DNA of 64,000 bases from Microthyrium microscopicum. Taxonomy: Eukaryota. The stretch spans positions 1,084,882 to 1,148,881 of the forward strand of contig MU004240.1 of assembly GCA_010405405.1 (NCBI GenBank). Direction: 5' to 3'. The notes below the pieces were generated by a model, which was not told the origin of the DNA, did no database searches, and saw nothing but the letters and a program-made list of their open reading frames with translations. Position 1 is the first letter of the stretch. The number at the start of each line of letters is the position of its first letter. The translations under genes and the position numbers were made by a program. Of the stretch, positions 49,451 to 60,584 are shown one piece after another.

Positions 49451-51938
49451 ATGGAGTCGCAGAATTACTCGGCTGCCGAAGTGTCGGTTCCAACCGTACT
49501 GATAGATGAAACTGTAAGTTGCAGCTGACTGGGAGTGAAAGATCGTTGCCAGTCGAGTTAGATTTCTTCAAGCCTACTTGCTCCTAACCGATTAACAGTC
49601 TAAAAGTTGTGATAGTTGTGCAAGGCTGCGTACACTTTTTCGATATACCTACTCGGAAGAAGGAACCTTCACATTGGAGAAGTCTGAATTGTTCAGTTCG
49701 GCATGCACTTATCATCCTCATTTGATGCGTAATGTGTTTCCTTCCCGGCTCGACGAAGAATCCATAACGTCTATCGACGTTACCAAGCGGCCAAATGAAC
49801 TCCTAGTGAGCTTCCACGCGTACAAAGATGGAAGAAAATGGAATTCAGCCGGACAGTATCACTCCAGGGCCTTTCTTGCATCTAAGCAAACTTCTGACAT
49901 CGCAATGATCCTAGACCCACAGTGGATTGATACTTCTAAACTGAAAACGTGGAAGACTACATGCGATACACAACATAGCCATAGGGGGGATTTTCGACTT
50001 GACTCCTTTGCCAAAGTAGGGCCAATCCTCTTAATGTGAGTTCACTGCAGAAACATCTTTATTCCTAAGCCAATAGTTTGTATGGTCGATATCAGGTTAA
50101 GAAGAGCTGCTCAAGACTAAAATGACTATAATAATACAGGCTAACATCTTTTTAGTGACACACACTCTGAATGTCTAGTCCAGGCAGATTCGTCCATGTC
50201 TTACGTTGCTCTCAGCTACGTATGGGGACGAATGCCTTTTTTCAAGACCTTGAAACGGAATCTGGATTACTTGTTGACTCCAAATTCACTCACTACAATC
50301 GAATCCATCTTGAAGATTCCTCGCACTATCAAACATGCCATGGCAGTAGTCAAACTGCTGGAGGAGAGATATCTTTGGGTTGATGCTCTTTGCATTCCCC
50401 AGGATGATGAAGAGACAAAGCACACCAGCTTTAGAAATATGGCGGCTATTTACGCTAATGCCAGTTTAACTATTGTGGCTGCTCAAGGCTCTGATGCAAA
50501 CTTTGGATTGCGTGGTTTGAAGCGGATATCAGAAAGCAGGAATTACTGGCGACTGGCTACTAGATTTGATCGTGAAAGTCAAATTGTGCGTTACCAGAAC
50601 TCTCACATCGAAGCGCACAAGTCTATATGGGCCAGCCGTGGATGGACATTCCAAGAACATCTTCTCTCCAGCAGGACTCTTGTCTTTGTTGGCGATACAG
50701 TGTATTGGAGGTGTCTTGGAGGGTTTTGGGAAGAACCTTTCAATGACACCTGCAACGAGGCTAGCACGTTCGGAGAAGAATCCAATTACTGGCAATATCT
50801 GTTGGGAAGCAAAACTCCAAATTATAGAACCGACATGTATAAAGCACTAGGTTGTATAATCTGCGGATACAACTCGAAAGAACTAACCTATCCCGAAGAT
50901 GTATCAGAGGCATTTTTGGGACTCATCACAAGGTTGACCGAAATATTTCCTGCTGGGTTTCTCTTTGGAATGCCCCTCGAGTTCTTTGACGTATTCATTC
51001 TCTGGCAACCACTAAATGTGAGAAGAAGAGTACCAAGCAATTCGAAAATGTGTCTTCCAAGTTGGAGCTGGTTTGGATGGCAGGGAGCTCTAGATGACAG
51101 CTCGTTCATGCGAGATTTTGATTCTGAAAACATTGAGACGATTTTGGACAGTGATCGTGTAGTGGAGGTCATACCGATTATGCAATGGTTCAACCATATT
51201 ACACCTGACGCCGAGGGAACTCCGATTTTGAGTTCTCATTACCGATATCGAAAGGATTTCTACAACACCCACTCCAAAGTACCACCTTTTCATTGGAGGC
51301 GGCACGAAGCAGTACATGAACCCATCCGCACGCTGCCTTCTGACACTTCTTCTCTTCGTAGACCGCGCTGGTTCTACACGCATGAGGACTATCCGACCAA
51401 GAAGTTCTGGTATCCGGTTGCCCTACCTGACTCCAACAATATGCGCCAGAGTCCAGTCAGTGGAAGATTCATCTCGTGCCATACACAGCGGACCTATTTA
51501 TTCCAAGCCGAAGCAAGAATCAACTCGTATAACAGAGCTTACTCGACGATTCGAGACGCTGCAGGTATCTGGATTGGTATGGTGGCGCTACATCAGGACC
51601 ACATTGCCGGGAAAAAGGAAAGGCTCGAGAAAAATAATTGTGGTGAAAGCGAAGCTGGTTCTACGTACGAGACCACTAGCTCATTTTACAACCGTATTGA
51701 GCTTGTCGCCATCTCTCAAGGCTGCGTTGACAACTCTCAACGGCTCTCAGGAGGCTTCAACATACTATGTGAATGGAATGAACCCGAGCGACCGAAAGAC
51801 ACAGACATGTACCGGTTCTATGATGTGATGTGTATAGAATGGGAGGGCTCCATTGCATATCGTCGAGGCGTTGGTCGAGTTTTGAAAGAGGCTTGGGAGC
51901 GCCAGGAGCTCGAATGGATAGATCTAATGCTTGGATAA
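49451..51938 (+). CDS. HET-domain (heterokaryon incompatibility family) protein, 3 exons (introns 49514-49598 and about 50036-50155)
   Basis: YVALSYVWG, IPRTIKHAM, RYLWVDALCIPQDD, MAAIYANA.LTIVAA, SRGWTFQE, LPSWSWFGW; upstream exons splice in phase (MESQ...IDET|SKSCDSC, PILLI|DT). Confidence 0.9.
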
Positions 51939-52060
51939 GATTACATTGCTCTGCCAATTGATTATCTATGTTTTACCTCCTCGATTATGTAGACAGTGAC
52001 CTCGTATACCAGTCAACTCGAACAACAGACTCCCATAGGAACTAAACACATATTACATTA

Positions 52061-54756
52061 TTACAACCTAACCTTCGCCCCAATCCCCTTCCCCTCATAC
52101 CAGACCGATTCCTCCCACTCCCCAATTCTAATCCCAACCACCGCACTCGCTCTAACCTTCAACGTGCCACCCAGCGCCCGTTTTACCGCCTCATACCCCA
52201 CACTCCCCAAACTCCAGTCCACCGGCAACCTTGGCGTCAGCGACACGCCAGGCGGGACGGCAAGCGGGAGGTCAGAGATGATAGTGCCAATGGGCTCGTC
52301 ATCGTAGAAGGCGGTCGCGTTGATACTGGTTATGTAGATGGTGGTGTGAGAAAGGGGAGAAGAGAGTGTGAATTCGGCGGTTGAAGTGAAGAGATGCATT
52401 GTAGCGGCTTGGATGAAGTGTGGGTGGTTGTCGTCTGGTTCGTCTGGATCTTCAGGGTCCTCAGGGTCGGCGTTGGGGTCTGATGGGAAGTTTATGCGCG
52501 GGGCTGGTATGTCGATGGGGAATTTGGAGAGGGCGTGGCCGAGGGTTGGGTTTGATGGGATGGTGTTGTTGTGCGCTTGGATGGTGAGGGTCAAATTGTA
52601 GCCTTGCTGTGTTAGATATATAGATAATGGGATGGAGACAGGGGATTTATACCAGAGATGAATCTTGAGACCACTTCTCTCGCCATGTCACTTCCATTCT
52701 TACCATCAGCTGGATCAGCGCCCCAAACAGCCTTGACTTTGAGATGCTTATTCTTGCCTTTCGTCACATTGAGATGGTGTACCGATGCACTGCCGATACG
52801 CGTGCCATTAACGAGGATAAACACATCAGCATACGGCACATTAGCACTGTAGACCGTGGGATTAAAGATATCCACATCGGCTGTCAAGCTCAGGGAAGTA
52901 TTCGACGTCTCGACGATGCTCAGGTTCGCAATTTTGGGCTTGAAGGAAGCCAATCCGTTTCCAATTGACAGGGCTATATACCATACACAACATCTAATTA
53001 GCTAACAGTTCGCTTACATGTACACTCCAAAACAAAAAGATCAGAACCCAAACGTACGTTTGACTGGTACCTCGCCCTCGGCGGGAATGTCGCGAACTGT
53101 TAACACGCCCAGCGTGGTGCCGATTTCAACGTCGACCTTGGCTTTGACGAGTAGCATGATGGGCTTGGAGCCAAAGAGCATGGCTTGTATAACGTCGGTG
53201 AAGACATCTTCGTCAGTGATTTCGAGAGGCGCTTGCTTGATGTCGGATTCGACTAAGATGAGGGGACGGTTGTCTTCGTCGTGGCCTGAGGGAGTCGATT
53301 TGGCAGCTTGCCATTTGCGGAGGTTAAGTTCGCCGAGTTTGCGCTGCTTGTAGAAGACATCTGCTGTGGCGCGAACACGTTCAACCAGGACGTCTACGTT
53401 GATCTCTTGAGGTAGCGCGATGAATGTCTGGATGGTAGCGGAGATTGCTGGATTTGAATCTGGATCATCTGGAGGCGCTAGTGGATCAGGAAGATCAAAC
53501 TTGACGTCTGCCAGGGTAAAGTTGTGAATGATACTTCCGAACGTATGCCCCGGAACTGGTACCGGGACAGTGACGCTCGATAGAAGGTCTGTGATCCATT
53601 TTGGAGCATTCGTAGATGGATTCTTTGAGCCTCGAACGTAAACCATAATGTCGTGGCCTTTCATATAACCTCCTAGGAGAGTATCCATTGGGCTCTTTCC
53701 GGAAGATGGACATTGCTTCGTCAAAGACTTTGGTAGTTCTCGAATGAATACAGTGGCATTGACAATTACATCTCGCTTTGGGTAAGTATGTACCTTGTCC
53801 ACACTGGCATCAGCAAGCATAATCTTTGGTTGATCTGATAGACAATTTCCGACGAGAATATCGAACGATAGTGGAGGAATATCCATCTCAATTGGAAAGT
53901 CGTTCTCTACAGTGATAGATGCGTCTGCTGACATTCCCTTGGTTCCATCTGGAAGTCGTCCTTCCTGGAACATGAGCCTTGTGATGTTAAAATGCGGCAT
54001 TGTTGGTATTTTATCTTGTGTAATTCTGATTGCCTGACTGATGGTCTGTGTTCGTAAATGGACAATTCCAGATCTAAGTTTTACTTGGGCGATTCCCTCT
54101 ACGTTTAGATGATCTAAAGATTGGTTAAGCCACTGATCAATGACAGTTCTGATACTGTCTACTGATTTGGGTGGCGTAAGGTCTGCAACGATATCCAGAT
54201 CCGTTTTCCGACCGTCGGCCAGTTTGACTTTGAACCCGGGGAGCTTCGCAGTCCCTAGCAAAGCATTGTTGTAGTCCGGTAATACAACATCTACCGTTGA
54301 TTCCCCTGTCTCTGCCTCTCTTGCAACCCAAGTTCCGAATTTTCCTACGGTCCGTAGAAATCCGCTTTCGACTTTGGAGGACTGCATAGAGAATGTGCCT
54401 CGTATCCGAGCTCTTGCGCCGGTTTCTGTGAATTCCGGAACTAGGCTATCTAGATCCAAAGTCGCGGCTTGCGTCGCATATCTCTCCATGGTGTCTGGTA
54501 CGAAGAACGCAAATATCATGATTAATATTGCGAGAAAACATAGAAAGCCCAATGTTATGAAAGTCGGCCAGCGGCTCTTGGACTTGGATGTGGTGGCGGG
54601 CGCATCATAGTTGTCATAGATGCTCTGAGGCCGGTGTTCAGAATCGTATCCAAAGCCATTTGCGCTTTCTGAATCTGATAGAAGTGGAGTATTTTCCGAT
54701 GCATTATGCGAAGGGTCCTCGCGGGGAGAGCGTGTCGGGGACCGTTGTGAAGTCAT
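52061..54756 (-). CDS. Tag1-like single-pass membrane protein with repeated beta-rich (LEA2/DUF3712-like) lumenal domains, 3 exons
   Basis: SENTPLL acidic-dileucine motif, one TM helix, repeated beta-rich segments, C-terminal SVGYEAVKRALGG...GKGIGAKVRL. Confidence 0.75.
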
Positions 54757-55089
54757 GACGACGTGTGTAGAGTGGAGGTAGTAGGTAGTTGTAGAGGTTG
54801 GCTTTATGACGAGGCGCCTGCGGGGGTTGACATGTCTTGCTTGGGCAGTGATGCGAAAGACGTATGATACAGCGTTAGGAAGTAAATGTTGAGTAGAGGA
54901 AGAATAGGTAGAGAGGTGGTGATAGGTGTAAGATGAGAGGAAAAGGATGATGTTGAAGATGGGACAGAACCAAGGTGAGGCAGCGGCGACTTCAAACGTG
55001 CAGCAACTGGGCGAGGCAAGAGCGACTGGGGAGCTGCCGCATTTGGGAGGCTCAACCCAGAACCTTGAAAGAAGGCAGGAACGTCATAT

Positions 55090-55132
55090 CTTATCGCATC
55101 TTATCTTTCTCGAGTCTTCATCTCATCTTATC
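55090..55132 (-). promoter_or_regulatory. Cluster of three GATAAG sites in the divergent Tag1-like/ARG3 promoter
   Basis: cttatc at 55090, 55100 and 55127, each in the context atcttatc. Confidence 0.5.
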
Positions 55133-55285
55133 TTAATCTCTACTGATGTGGGGTCATTTCTGTTGCAGGAAATTCTTGAGCTCCAGATTTTTATTTTCTC
55201 TAAAAATGACGAGCATTTGAACCTGCATTGATTGCAAGGGGCCATTGCGGTTATTTGACCGCTCCTCCACTCGCATATTCTCCAT

Positions 55286-55292
55286 TGACTCA
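55286..55292 (+). promoter_or_regulatory. Gcn4/CpcA consensus site TGACTCA about 100 bp upstream of ARG3
   Basis: Exact consensus upstream of an amino-acid biosynthesis gene. Confidence 0.6.
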
Positions 55293-55391
55293 TACCGACT
55301 CCTCCTTGAACCTCTTCTCTCACCCATTCTCTCTCTTTAACCAGCTCCTCACTCATACATCAACCCCACCACAGCTATCACCACATCAATC

Positions 55392-56390
55392 ATGTCAACA
55401 GCCTTCCGCCGCGCCGCTCCCAGGCATCTCCTCTCCATCGCCGACCTTACCCCCAAAGAACTCACCACTCTAGTAAACAACGCAATCTACCATAAAACCG
55501 CCATAAAAAACTCCAATGCCTCCTCCACCTTCCGCAGCGCCCTCGCCGGCCGCACCATTGGCTTGACCTTCAACAAGCGCTCGACACGCACACGTATCTC
55601 CACTGAAGGTGCCGTCGCCGCCATGTCTGGACACCCTATGTTTCTCGGCAAAGACGACATCCAGCTCGGCGTCAATGAGAGCCTGCGAGATACCTCCATT
55701 GTCATGAGCAGCATGATGGCTGGGCTCGTAGCGCGCGTTGGTCCACATAGCGATGTAGAGGGGCTTGCGAAGTGGAGTAGTGTGCCTGTTATAAACGCGC
55801 TCAGCGATAAATTCCATCCGCTGCAGACGGTGGCGGACTATCAGACTATTGCGGAACACTATGGGAGTGATTTGAGAGGCCTGAAGGTCGCTTGGGTTGG
55901 AGATGCGAATAATGTATTGTTCGACTTGGCGATTGGGGCAGCCAAGTTGGGCGTGCATGTGGCGGTGGCTACGCCAAAAGGATATGAGATTCCACAGGAG
56001 ATGAGGTCGTTGATTGAAAAGGCGAACACAGATGCTGGGATGGGTGGAAGTCTGGTGGAGACGACGGTGCCGGAGGAGGCGGTCAAGGGGGCTGATATTT
56101 TGGTTACAGATACGTGGATTAGTATGGGACAGGAGGGGGAGTCGGCGAAGCGGTTGAAGGCTTTTGCTGGATTCCAGATCACTGAGGAGATGGCGAAGCG
56201 AGGAGGTGCTAATGCCGGGTGGAAGTTTATGCATTGTCTGCCTCGACATGCTGAAGAGGTTGCGGACGAAGTTTTCTATGGCCAAAGGAGTTTGGTATTC
56301 CCTGAAGCAGAAAATCGACTCTGGGCAGCGATATCTGTCTTGGAAGCATTTGTGGTGAAGGGCGGTAAGATAGAGCCAGTCAGCACATGA
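55392..56390 (+). CDS. ARG3: Ornithine carbamoyltransferase, intronless
   Basis: KRSTRT, HPLQ, VGDANN, TDTWISMG, FMHCLPR, EAENRLW motifs. Confidence 0.97.
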   Translation: MSTAFRRAAPRHLLSIADLTPKELTTLVNNAIYHKTAIKNSNASSTFRSALAGRTIGLTFNKRSTRTRISTEGAVAAMSGHPMFLGKDDIQLGVNESLRDTSIVMSSMMAGLVARVGPHSDVEGLAKWSSVPVINALSDKFHPLQTVADYQTIAEHYGSDLRGLKVAWVGDANNVLFDLAIGAAKLGVHVAVATPKGYEIPQEMRSLIEKANTDAGMGGSLVETTVPEEAVKGADILVTDTWISMGQEGESAKRLKAFAGFQITEEMAKRGGANAGWKFMHCLPRHAEEVADEVFYGQRSLVFPEAENRLWAAISVLEAFVVKGGKIEPVST

Positions 56391-56486
56391 TAGAGAATTA
56401 TACGTCTTGCGACTATTGTCTACTTTGTCATTTGTTCCGCTTTGATTCTACAGGAGAATGTTCCTTCAAATAAACCATGAAACCAT

Positions 56487-57483
56487 TTAACCTGGAGGTA
56501 AAACACTTGCGTCAACAATATCTTCAGCGTCCTTCTCTTCAATATCGGAAGTACTGTTCAAGGGAGAGCGGGGAATGGCCATGAGACCTATAAAATGTTA
56601 GCAACCAGCATTAAGGTAAAGTATAATATGACTCACCCGTTCTTGCGCTCTCTAAAATACCAAAGGGCTCGATAAGCTTTAGGAAGCTGTCCACTCGGAA
56701 AGGCTTAGCGCTCAATTCAACTACGCAGTTGTTGTTGCTAATATCCAAAACCTTGCCCTTGAATTGATGGGTCAAGAAAGTGATGGCTTGTATGTGTGTC
56801 GATTTATGTCGAAGAGCTTCACTAGGAGCGAGAGTGGAGGGATGGAAATCTCGCCGCAGCGAGTCCAACGCCTTTTCCGTTGCCGCATCTTGTTGATCCT
56901 TGGGCAAGTCTGAGAATTGTTCCTGAGCTTCTACTTCTGAGGCCGACATCTCTTGATGGTGTGCCAACAGCTCCTGGAAATACTCGGGGCCGAGGATGGA
57001 GATTTTGGCTAAAAGCAGTTCGCGCTGAACGAGGGCGGCATCGGTATAGTCCAAAACAGCCCAGACAGGAACCAGATCTTCCAATTGGCGTCGCGCTTGC
57101 TCAACAACCCCATCCTGGCCTTGAAGTACAATTGTCATGCGCGAAAGGTCCTTTACTTCGGTGTTGCACACGACCAAACTGTCAATGTTGAAGCCCCGCG
57201 CGGCCAGAATACCCGAGATACGGGAAAGTACACCGGGTTCATTTTGTACGAGGCAATTGAGAATGTGCTTGGTGGGTTTGCTAGGCGAAGGCAATGGGGT
57301 CTCGTAGATAATGGAGCTCACAGCGGCAGAGGCGGACCATGAGGGAGTAGTTTCAGTCGGAAGCGGTGATATGCGGCGGTGAATAGCTTTGTAGGCCAAG
57401 GCTGAGGTGCTGGATGTTGATGAGAAGCGAACAGTGGCAGGTCCACGTTGGCCTAGAGCCAACAATGCTCTTCGTGCAGCCAT
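56487..57483 (-). CDS. ILV6: Acetolactate synthase small (regulatory) subunit, mitochondrial, 2 exons
   Basis: LNCLVQNEPGVLSRISGILAARGFNIDSLVV, RELLLAKI, ILESARTG|LMAIPRSP, terminal LPPG; presequence-like MAARRALLAL. Confidence 0.96.
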
Positions 57484-57951
57484 TGACCCCTTCTTGCTCC
57501 AAAGCCGTGATAGATGTTGAGTTAAAGAGTCATAAGTTGTTGAGAGAGGGTGAAAACAAGGGCGGGTCACACCGCAGAGTCAAAGTCAGCGATTCTCACA
57601 CTAACAATCTTTTTGTTTGCAAAGGTAAGAGCAAGGCGCAGGGTTCATGAGAAATGGAAGGAGCTCTGTAGCCAATGGCAGGCGCTGTGTCGGTCTTTCC
57701 TCGGTTTACGGATAAGCCTATCACACCCCTGTCATGCCTTTCCCCAGAAATTAGTGTCACGCAGTCTTCAACCTCATCAACCTTTTACAGCTCAAGCATC
57801 TTCACTTTTCTTTTCCACTGCTCAGCCTGTCAGCCTGCCAACCTTTCAATTTTTCCACCCTCCCAACATATTCATTCGATACTGCGACACTGCGCTATAC
57901 CCATATACCCACTTGATCCACATAGTATAGACTTTTCTTCGAACCATCGAT

Positions 57952-59885
57952 ATGGCCGAAGAACCGCGCAAACGCTCTCGATTCGATCAAACCGAGCCAA
58001 AGAAACCTTCTCGCTTCGATCGCCGCTCTAAATCTCCTCCCTCTCGTGCCACCGCCGAGCGAAGTCGTAGTCCTCTTCCTAGTCGGAGCCCATCTAGTGC
58101 CACTGATAACAAGGATCCTGCTGCCGCCGCCGCTGCTGCAGCTGCCCGCATCAACGCCCAAATTCAAGCACGAAAAGCCGACCTCCCACCACCACCGCCA
58201 GTAAGGTTGATAATGTCAGACTAGAAGAATTGGGCTGACTTGCCGTTATAGGTTCTAGCTGCTCCAAAGAAATCCACAACTGCCCAGGGCGTTACAAGCG
58301 AGATATATTGTCAAGATGGTGATTACATCAAAGACATTGAGATCAACGATCTTCGTAACCGATATACACTGACCAAAGGCGGAACTCAAAAAATGGTAAT
58401 TATTCACTTGTTTGTTCTATTCCCACTGATATCTAGAATCGCCTTCTAGTGGCAAAGGACAGCTGTCTATGGCAGCCATGTCGTTCCTCTTTCGCTCTAC
58501 TTGTTCTATTATGGAAGCTCACCAAACTTCTGATCTCTAGCTACCACCCATTTTGCATCTGCTGACCTGACCTGAATAGATTAAAGATGAAACAGGCGCA
58601 GGTACGCCCCAACCTTTACAACGTATATTTTAAGATTTCGTACTTATACTAGCAAGATATCACCACTCGCGGAGAGTATTATCCAGACAAATCCATGGCG
58701 ACGCCATCAGTATGTCCAAACTTTTCTGTGATAGACATTGCGCCGTAGCTAACATCAAACAGGCTCCCCCACTCCATCTCCACGTCACCAGTACCTCCAA
58801 AGAAGGACTCGAATTAGCTATCATCAAAATCAACGAAATGATGCAACAAGAACTGCCCAATCTCGTGGATGAACGCCGCTTTAGACGTCGCGAGCCCGAA
58901 CCCTTCGAGCGGGACGAGTTTGGCCGAGTAAGTAGCCCAATGCTCGAAAAGCATTATTACTGACCTATGTAGCGAAAATGGCCCGAAGAGAAGATTCCCA
59001 TTGATCTAGAGCCGATTCCTGGCTTCAACTTGCGTGCTCAAGTGGTAGGCTCTGGTGGTGCCTACGTCAAGCATATCCAGGGTGAGACTAGATGCCGTGT
59101 TCAAATCAAAGGACGCGGATCTGGATTCAAAGATCAAGCAACTCAGCAGGAACACGATGAGCCCATGTATCTTCATGTCGCGTAAGTGTATCATACAACA
59201 TAGGAAAGTCATGATTTCGCTAACGTCTACAGTGGCCCTGATGCCGATATGGTCAAGAGAGCCAAAGAGCTCTGCATCGATCTTCTAGAAAACGTAAAGA
59301 CAGAGTATGAGAAATTCAAAGAACGTGGCCCTCAAAATCGTGGAAACTTCAATGGAGATCGATATGATGGTCGCAATTCCAACCGTCAGGATAGCTATGG
59401 TGGTGGTGGTGGCGGTGGTGGTGATCGCGGTGGCTACAATAACGGCGGAGGCTATCAAGGCGGTTATGGAGGTGCTCAGTCTCCGAGTACACCAGCTGGT
59501 GGCGATGCAACTGGAGCTCAATCTCCAACTGCTGCAGGAGACTATGCGGCTCAGTATGCACAATACTATGGCGCAAATGGCCAGGCTGATCCATATGCTG
59601 CATATGGTGGTTATCAGAACTATGTTGCCATGTACTACCAATACTATCAACAACAAGGCGCCACTCCTCCAGCGCAAACTGGTACTCCTGGCACACCAGG
59701 CTCGGCACCACCACCACCACCATCTGAAGCTCCTCCGCCGCCGCCTCCTGGTGGAAGTGCTCCTCCACCACCGCCTCCTGGAGCTCCTCCCGGGACTTCG
59801 GGCGGCTACAGTGCTGTAGGTTGAATGATGCATATGCATTGGAAACTGCTGACATGCTTAGGTGCCACCCCCTCCTGGTTTGTAA
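57952..59885 (+). CDS. KH-domain RNA-binding protein, KHDC4/BLOM7-like, about 8 exons
   Basis: KDIEINDLRNRYTLTKG, ITTRGEYYPDK, PPLHLHV, FNLRAQVVGSGGAYVKHIQGETRCRVQIKGRGSGF, Tyr/Gln/Pro-rich tail; includes a 22-nt exon at 58580-58601. Confidence 0.88.
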
Positions 59886-60584
59886 GTGTTTGGAAGTCAT
59901 TCTGTTGTTCTAGGATTGCATATTCACACTGGAGTCATGAAGTATTGTTTACAGTGAAGTTCTATTCTTAGCAGCTTCAATTACAGATGGAAAAGCCGTC
60001 AACATGAAGGGAAATGTGGATATTCATTTGATACTCGAGTCCAACTTGCCAAGGATGAATTGTTGAAAGTCTAGAAATGAATATAACAATTAGACTTGAG
60101 TCAATTGATAATTTATCAGCAGGACAAGTGATTCAGAGATTATTCTACTTGTATGAATGATGCGGAACTTCCCATATTGATGGCGACAAACAACCCCTGG
60201 ACTCTTGGCTTCAGACTCGACTGTCACAAGCTCCTCCCAAGCTAGAGTATCTCCCATCCACCCTTTGTCCCACCTCAAACTTCCTTCATCTTCCTTCTAC
60301 AAAGACAGCAATCTATACTAGCCTTATACGCTGGCCTAATTGACTGTTCTGGCTGTCTGCACCAATTCTGTCCGCCCATCATTACCATTCAAGCCCCTCT
60401 TCTGCGACTCTTCCGTCATCATGAACAACACGACCTTCGCGCTTCTCGATATGTGAAGCTCCACTCTCATAATCAACTCCATTTTTCTCTCCTTAGTCTA
60501 CATTCCCTCTCTACAAACTTTTAATCTTTCCTTCTCGACTTTTCGAATCCTTCCTTCTCCAATAATTTCTTCCCTTCAACCACC

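Noticed and set aside
50036..50155. Possible micro-exon or nested intron within HET intron 2
   Set aside because: A single intron restores the frame (PILLI|DT); the internal 19-nt piece would cause a frameshift
55470..56285. 271-aa minus-strand ORF
   Set aside because: Antisense shadow of ARG3
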